Shown: positions 58,886 to 64,000 of the stretch, piece after piece
How the letters are laid out: each line of letters opens with the position of its first letter
Numbering within the stretch: the stretch's first letter is position 1
NCBI GenBank assembly: GCA_963796455.1
Contig: CAWCLO010000010.1
Span: 32,001 to 96,000 of the forward strand
From: Candidatus Sulfomarinibacteraceae bacterium
Lineage (GTDB): Bacteria > Acidobacteriota > Thermoanaerobaculia > Thermoanaerobaculales > Sulfomarinibacteraceae
Direction: 5' to 3'
DNA length: 64,000 nucleotides
Notes under the pieces: model-generated
The model's database searches: none
Told to the model about the DNA's origin: nothing
Seen by the model: the letters and a program-made list of their open reading frames with translations, nothing else
Made by a program: the position numbers and the translations under genes

Positions 58886-59620
58886 CACATTGTCCAAGAT
58901 ACGGACTCGGACAGCGTTCAGGGACAGCGACAGGGCACGGCGGACAGGGTCAGCGACTGTAACCAGCGGCAGCCACCAGCGACAGCAATCGGCGCTCACT
59001 TCTTCGGATTCAACAGCCGCCAGGTCATGGCACGGACCCGATCGAAGGCGTTCATTGCGTCACGAGCGGTTGTCCGATTGATCGCCCCGGCGTGGACAAG
59101 GAGCTTCAAGTGGCTGTCGACCTCTTTCGCCGAGGCGTAGGCGATTCTCCAGTGGTACGACCGGTCTCTCCCGGATCGGCCGTGCCCTTCAGCAAGGTTT
59201 GCAGGGACTGAACTTGCCGACCGGATCACCTGATCGGCTATGGACTTCAGCGGAGCTGGAACCCTCATCACAAGATTGATCGCGATTCCTGCTGCTTCGA
59301 GGCCTTTCGAGTGGGCAACGAGGTTTGAGTTCGTGGCGGCGTTGGACATGGTCACCTCCGGGTCGTTCATGCCCATCCCCAAAAGCCGGTGTGGCGGCCG
59401 ATGTCAAGGATGCCCTGCACCCTGCCTGTCCTTGACATCGGCCGCCCACCGGCTACCCCTTCCGTTGAACGACCCGGAGGTGGCCATTTCGCCGACTGGA
59501 CTCCTGATCGCTGCCGCCGCCGCTGTCCTCTGTCTCTGTTGCCTGTCGCTGACGCTGGACACTGTCGCTGCCGCTGGCGCTGATCACTGTCCCTGTTTGC
59601 CACAGCGGAACCGCGGTCGC
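58886..59620 (-). mobile_element. Four-helix-bundle cassette, copy 2 (3' end conserved, 5' boundary unclear)
   Basis: ATCACATTGTCCAAGA (58884-58899) matches the copy 1 terminus. It has the same leader hairpin (59348-59487) and CAG/CTG-rich arms. Confidence 0.65.
58996..59349 (-). CDS. Four-helix-bundle protein (23S-IVP / Avd-like), copy 2
   Basis: 117 aa, 12 substitutions versus copy 1 (~90% identical). Confidence 0.9.
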   Translation of the reverse strand: MSNAATNSNLVAHSKGLEAAGIAINLVMRVPAPLKSIADQVIRSASSVPANLAEGHGRSGRDRSYHWRIAYASAKEVDSHLKLLVHAGAINRTTARDAMNAFDRVRAMTWRLLNPKK

Positions 59621-59704
59621 AGGATCTATGCGAAAAGGCCTCTGGCCTCCCAACGAATTACAATTGAATGGAGCGTCTACAATGCCTTGGATCGGAGGAT
59701 CGAT

Positions 59705-60259
59705 ATGAGTGGGTTACTCGAACGCGACCGCGCAGCGCTTTTGGTCATCGACGTCCAGGACCGCATCAATGCCGTCATGGCCGACCAGAGCCACCTCCCC
59801 CGCCTCGAGGTACTGGTGGAGGCCTGCCGCGGGCTCGAAGTCCCGGTCATCGGCAGCGAACAATACCCCCAGGGCCTCGGCCCCACCGTTCCTTCTCTGT
59901 CAGATCTCCTCGGACAGGAGTGGCTTGGCAAGCTGACCTTCTCCTGCGCACGCGATGAAGGACTGCGCGATGCCGTCAAGGCGAGCGGCCGCGCCCAGAT
60001 CATCGTCACCGGAATAGAAACCCACGTCTGCGTCCTCCAGACCGTGATCGATCTTCTTTCCGACGGCTATGAAATCTATGTCCCCCACGACGCCGTCAAC
60101 TCCCGCCGCCCCGCTGACAAGGAGTGGGCCCTCAACCGCATGGCAGCAGCCGGCGCCGTCATCACCTCCACCGAATCCACCCTCTTCGAGATGCTCGAGC
60201 GCTGCGACACCGCCGACTTCAAAACGGTGGCCAAGCTGATCAAAAAGATCCCCGTCTGA
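59705..60259 (+). CDS. Isochorismatase-family cysteine hydrolase
   Basis: LLVIDVQ, EQYPQGLGPT, KLTFSC, GIETHVCVLQT; GGAGG RBS. Confidence 0.93.
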   Translation: MSGLLERDRAALLVIDVQDRINAVMADQSHLPRLEVLVEACRGLEVPVIGSEQYPQGLGPTVPSLSDLLGQEWLGKLTFSCARDEGLRDAVKASGRAQIIVTGIETHVCVLQTVIDLLSDGYEIYVPHDAVNSRRPADKEWALNRMAAAGAVITSTESTLFEMLERCDTADFKTVAKLIKKIPV

Positions 60260-60457
60260 AGAAACCCTTACCGTTGTGTTATCGGAGCGGCACTTTTTCC
60301 TGAGGATTTCCTGAGTGCAATAACCCAAACTGTTCCTTATGGTTCTGAGACTGCGTCTACCACACATAAGCTCATTTTGGTTGAACGACTTGCCTTCTCA
60401 CCACAATTCCCCCATACTTTTCTCAATTATTCGGCGACACAGGATGGAGGAGAGCTT

Positions 60458-61123
60458 TTGCGGAAGGCGTTTTTCCTCGGTGAGTGGACGGTCGAACCGA
60501 CCCTCGATCGCATCACGCGGGACGGTCAGACCGTCCGGCTGCGTCCCCGGGCAATGGACGTGCTCACCGCCCTCGCGGTGGCCTCAGGTGAACTGGTTTC
60601 GAAGCGAGACCTCATCGACACCGTCTGGCAGACCGAGTTCGTTTCAGAACACGCCCTCACCCAGGTCATCGCCGAGCTCCGGGCGGCGTTCGGCGACAAT
60701 GCCCGCAACCCGAGCTACATCGAAAATATCCCGCGGCGGGGTTATCGATTGATGGCCGCAGTGAACCAGGTCGCCGAAGCGAAGGAATCGCCCCGCGAGG
60801 CCTCGTTGCCTTTCAAGCTCGCGGGCGACGACGGCGACCACCCACTGATTCAGGGGCCCAACATCATCGGCCGCACCACCGACGCCGACATCTGCGTCGA
60901 CAGCACCGAAGTCTCCCGCTGCCACGCCAGGGTCACCGTCCAGGGCACCACCGCCACCATCGAGGATCTCGGCAGTAAAAACGGCACCTACCTCAACGGC
61001 GAACGCCTCGAGCGCCCGGCGCTGCTGACCAACGGCGACGAGATCTGGATCGGCCGCAGCATCGCCCGAATGCGCTTCTTCATCGAGGGCGAACCAACTG
61101 TCACCGAGCACACCGTGTCATGA
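60458..61123 (+). CDS. OmpR/PhoB-type winged-helix DNA-binding + FHA domain regulator
   Basis: ALTQVIAELRAAFGD...YIENIPRRGYR; FHA motifs IGR, VSRCHA, DLGSKNGT; GGAGGAG RBS before TTG 60458. Confidence 0.9.
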   Translation: MRKAFFLGEWTVEPTLDRITRDGQTVRLRPRAMDVLTALAVASGELVSKRDLIDTVWQTEFVSEHALTQVIAELRAAFGDNARNPSYIENIPRRGYRLMAAVNQVAEAKESPREASLPFKLAGDDGDHPLIQGPNIIGRTTDADICVDSTEVSRCHARVTVQGTTATIEDLGSKNGTYLNGERLERPALLTNGDEIWIGRSIARMRFFIEGEPTVTEHTVS

Positions 61124-61271
61124 CCTCGCACCGCGGCCCTCCGGACGGACCGCGGCGAGTTTCAACTGTGCAGCCGGGACGCCTGGACCACAAAGGCCTC
61201 GAGACAATAATGGCGCGGGCGTCTCGCCCCCACATCCACACAAAACTTCCCAGCCTCGGCGTGTCATCGCG

Positions 61272-61365
61272 AAGCCGCGAAGCGGCGACAGACATTAGCC
61301 TGGGGCGTCAGCCCCAGGTTCCGGGACCAATAAAAGAAACAAGCCCCGGAGGGGCGACAGATTCC
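61272..61365. repeat. REP-like element (AGCCGCGAAGCGGCGACAGA ... CCTGGGGCGTCAGCCCCAGG ... AGCCCCGGAGGGGCGACAGA)
   Basis: Two small hairpins each followed by GACAGA, flanking a central palindrome. Confidence 0.65.
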
Positions 61366-61382
61366 AGCCCCTGGGTCCCGGC

Positions 61383-64000
61383 ATGACTGACCGCCTCCCG
61401 CCGACCGTCACCGAAGCCGAGAGCGAGACCCTTGATATGCGCGGCGAACGGAAAACATTCCTGGCCGGGGAGATCGTCGGTGATCGATACCAGATCCTCG
61501 CTCTGCTGGGCCGTGGCGGCATGGGTGAGGTGTGGCAGGCCTTCGACCTCAAGCTCCGAGTCGATGTGGCCCTCAAGGCCCTGAGATCAGACATCTTCAA
61601 GAACGAGCGTAGGCGCGAGTCGCTCAGGCAGGAAGTTCGCTCGGCTCGAGATGTCGTCTCCCCCAATGTCTGCCGTCTCTACGATCTCCACGAAATGGAG
61701 GGCCTCGAGCTGGTGTCCATGGAGTTCGTGGACGGACAAACCCTTCTCGATGTGATGTGGGAACGGGCGCCATTGGATCTCCAGGAAGCCCAGGACATCG
61801 CCTCGCAATTCCTCGCGGGGCTTGAGGCCATTCACCATATCGGGCTCGTTCACAGAGACATCAAACCCGAAAACATCATGCTGACCCGGGCGGGTCGGGT
61901 GGTCGTCATGGACTTTGGCATCGCCCGAGAGGAGGCGGAAGGCTCGGGTACCGTCTCAGGAACTGCGGCTTACATGGCCCCAGAGCAAGCGGCCGGTCAG
62001 GCAGTCGACGCGCGCGCCGACATTTACTCAGCGGGCGTCGTGTTGGCCGAAATGGTCAACCCGGAGGGCCTCAAGAACCGCGAAAGCCGCGAGAGTGTCT
62101 GGGAGGCTGTCCGAGCCGAACCGGCCAAGATCCCTGATTCGCCCTGGGCCACCGTCATCACCAAGGCGGTGGCCAAGGACCGTGATCACCGATTCGACTC
62201 TGCTGCCGACCTGACTCGCGCCCTCGAAGACGTCACGCTCCGCGTCATCGGAGCCGACAACCTCCACCCCTACCCTGGCCTCGCCGCCTTCACCGAGGAC
62301 GACGCCGAGTACTTCTTCGGCCGCGAGGCTGAGGTGGAGCAGATGTGGCGCAAGCTCGAGGGGCCGCCGCGGATGCTCGGGCTCGTCGGGCCGTCCGGGG
62401 CAGGAAAGTCCTCGTTCATCGCGGCGGGCCTTGCCGCACATGCCCCAACCGCTTGGGAGATCATCCGATCAACTCCCGGAAACGCAGCGATTTCCTCGCT
62501 CGGCGCCGCGGTCGCCCGCGAGACGGCCGGCGACCCCAACGCGGTCGAACTCCTTCCCCGCTTCGGCAAGGCCGACGTGGCGGTCGATCTCATCTCTCGC
62601 TGGGCCGGGAGGAGCTCGCACTCGTTGTTGATCGTCGATCAGTTCGAGGAGCTGTTCACCCAGAACTCCGTGGATGAACAAATCCGTTTTACCGAAATGC
62701 TAAAGCGGTTCGTGCTCGAAGCCGACGTCCACGTGTTGCTGTCGATGCGAGACGATTTTGCAGTCTCCTGCAATAACCACGAGCCCCTTCGGCCAATCTT
62801 CCACGAACTGACCGTGCTCAACTCTCCGGCCGGGGCCAACCTACGTCGCGCATTGGTCAAACCCGCGCTGGCCTGCAGCTATCGCTTCGAGGACGACGAG
62901 TTGGTAGATGAAATGTTGATCGAGGTGGAGGGTGAACGTGGAGCGCTGCCGTTACTGGCCTTCGCCGCGGCACGGCTCTGGGATATGCGGGACCGAAAAA
63001 CCGGACTCCTCACCCGCCAGACCTACCAGGACATCGGTGGCGTCGGCGGCGCACTCGCACAACATGCCGAGGCAACAATCGATCGCATCGGCATCGAACG
63101 CATTCCGATCGTCCGCGAGCTCTTCCGTAACCTCGTCACCGCCGAGGGCACCCGTGCCCTCCGCGAGTGGGACGAGCTGTTGTCGGTGTTCGAAGAAGCT
63201 CAACGCGAGCCAGCTGCTGAAGTCTTGCGCAAGCTTGTCCAGGCTCGCCTTCTGACTTCGTACGAGGTTCGAGAAGACGAGCACGAACCGCGCCGTCGAG
63301 TCGAAATCATTCACGAATCGTTGCTCGCCACCTGGCCTCGCCTGGTCCGCTGGCAAACTCAGGACGCGGATAGCGTTCAACTGAGGGAACAACTCCGCCA
63401 AGCCGCCAAAACATGGAATGAGCAAGGTCGCAGCGACGATACTCTGTGGACCGGTTCGGCCTACCGGGAGTTCGAATCTTGGCGAGAACGATTCACGGGT
63501 GGTCTATCCAAAGCTGAGGAGGCATTTGCGGCAGCCATGAGAGCGCTGGCCGCGCGCCGACGGAACCGAAGACGATTTGCGGTCGCGACGATCATCGTCG
63601 TTCTGCTTGCAGTCCTGTCGGTGGTCGGTATCTCACGCCAGAAAGCGATTGCTGAAGCCCGCCGAGCCGAGGCATCGAAACTCGTGATGCTCGGAAATTC
63701 GGTGCTTGAGGAGGGCCGTACTCAGGCTCTCGCTTACTCGATTGCCGCCCTTGAACACAATGACTCGAAACCTGCGCGTCACCTGGCCACTAAATCCCTC
63801 TGGGCGGGACCACCCGCGACGTTCTTGCCATTTGAACAGGGGGCATGGTCCATCGATTTCGACACGAACGGGGACCGCATGGCCGTGGGGCATTCGACCG
63901 GGTTACTGAGAGTCTATCCCCGCGACGGGGGGCCGGTGATCACGCTCGATGACTTTGAAGGCCAACATGGTTTGCTGCTCCCAGGATTCTCTGCAGACGG
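61383..64000 (+). CDS. Ser/Thr protein kinase + STAND (nSTAND1-like) NTPase + TM + probable beta-propeller start; runs off the window
   Basis: Absent from the ORF track because there is no stop. Read by hand in one frame from ATG 61383: GRGGMG, VALK, HRDIKPEN, DFG, YMAPE, PYPGLAAF...FFGRE, GPSGAGKSS, IVDQFEE, LPLL, IHESLL..WPRL, TM FAVATIIVVLLAVLSVVGI. Confidence 0.92.
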   Translation, partial: MTDRLPPTVTEAESETLDMRGERKTFLAGEIVGDRYQILALLGRGGMGEVWQAFDLKLRVDVALKALRSDIFKNERRRESLRQEVRSARDVVSPNVCRLYDLHEMEGLELVSMEFVDGQTLLDVMWERAPLDLQEAQDIASQFLAGLEAIHHIGLVHRDIKPENIMLTRAGRVVVMDFGIAREEAEGSGTVSGTAAYMAPEQAAGQAVDARADIYSAGVVLAEMVNPEGLKNRESRESVWEAVRAEPAKIPDSPWATVITKAVAKDRDHRFDSAADLTRALEDVTLRVIGADNLHPYPGLAAFTEDDAEYFFGREAEVEQMWRKLEGPPRMLGLVGPSGAGKSSFIAAGLAAHAPTAWEIIRSTPGNAAISSLGAAVARETAGDPNAVELLPRFGKADVAVDLISRWAGRSSHSLLIVDQFEELFTQNSVDEQIRFTEMLKRFVLEADVHVLLSMRDDFAVSCNNHEPLRPIFHELTVLNSPAGANLRRALVKPALACSYRFEDDELVDEMLIEVEGERGALPLLAFAAARLWDMRDRKTGLLTRQTYQDIGGVGGALAQHAEATIDRIGIERIPIVRELFRNLVTAEGTRALREWDELLSVFEEAQREPAAEVLRKLVQARLLTSYEVREDEHEPRRRVEIIHESLLATWPRLVRWQTQDADSVQLREQLRQAAKTWNEQGRSDDTLWTGSAYREFESWRERFTGGLSKAEEAFAAAMRALAARRRNRRRFAVATIIVVLLAVLSVVGISRQKAIAEARRAEASKLVMLGNSVLEEGRTQALAYSIAALEHNDSKPARHLATKSLWAGPPATFLPFEQGAWSIDFDTNGDRMAVGHSTGLLRVYPRDGGPVITLDDFEGQHGLLLPGFSAD

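Overview
This is a GC-rich bacterial chromosomal window. Gene content and order suggest an Acidobacteriota/Thermoanaerobaculia-like organism (inference only). The housekeeping backbone is: a frameshifted VIT-vWA gene, comM/YifB, tmRNA, amidase-GerMN-murI, rph plus four tRNAs, the dcw cluster (mraZ to ftsZ, without murB/ddl), nadK-tamB-tamA-like-Ca/Na antiporter, and uvrB. A wHTH-FHA regulator and a Ser/Thr kinase-STAND-TM protein lie at the right end, the latter running off the window. Accessory content includes a large MscS/MscK-like channel and a four-gene operon (PLP enzyme, DUF1611, PP-loop/creatininase fusion, enolase-family epimerase). The most striking observation is a dispersed ~0.85 kb cassette with no transposase, present as two gene-bearing copies and one truncated copy. 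It carries a four-helix-bundle (23S-IVP/Avd-like) gene whose RBS and start codon sit inside a conserved ~140-nt hairpin, enclosed by complementary CAG-rich and CTG-rich arms. Copy 1 also has terminal inverted repeats and a 9-bp flanking direct repeat. Intergenic DNA holds many heptamer/nonamer inverted-repeat arms and REP-like elements, and tandem NrdR-like boxes sit between mraZ and nadK.
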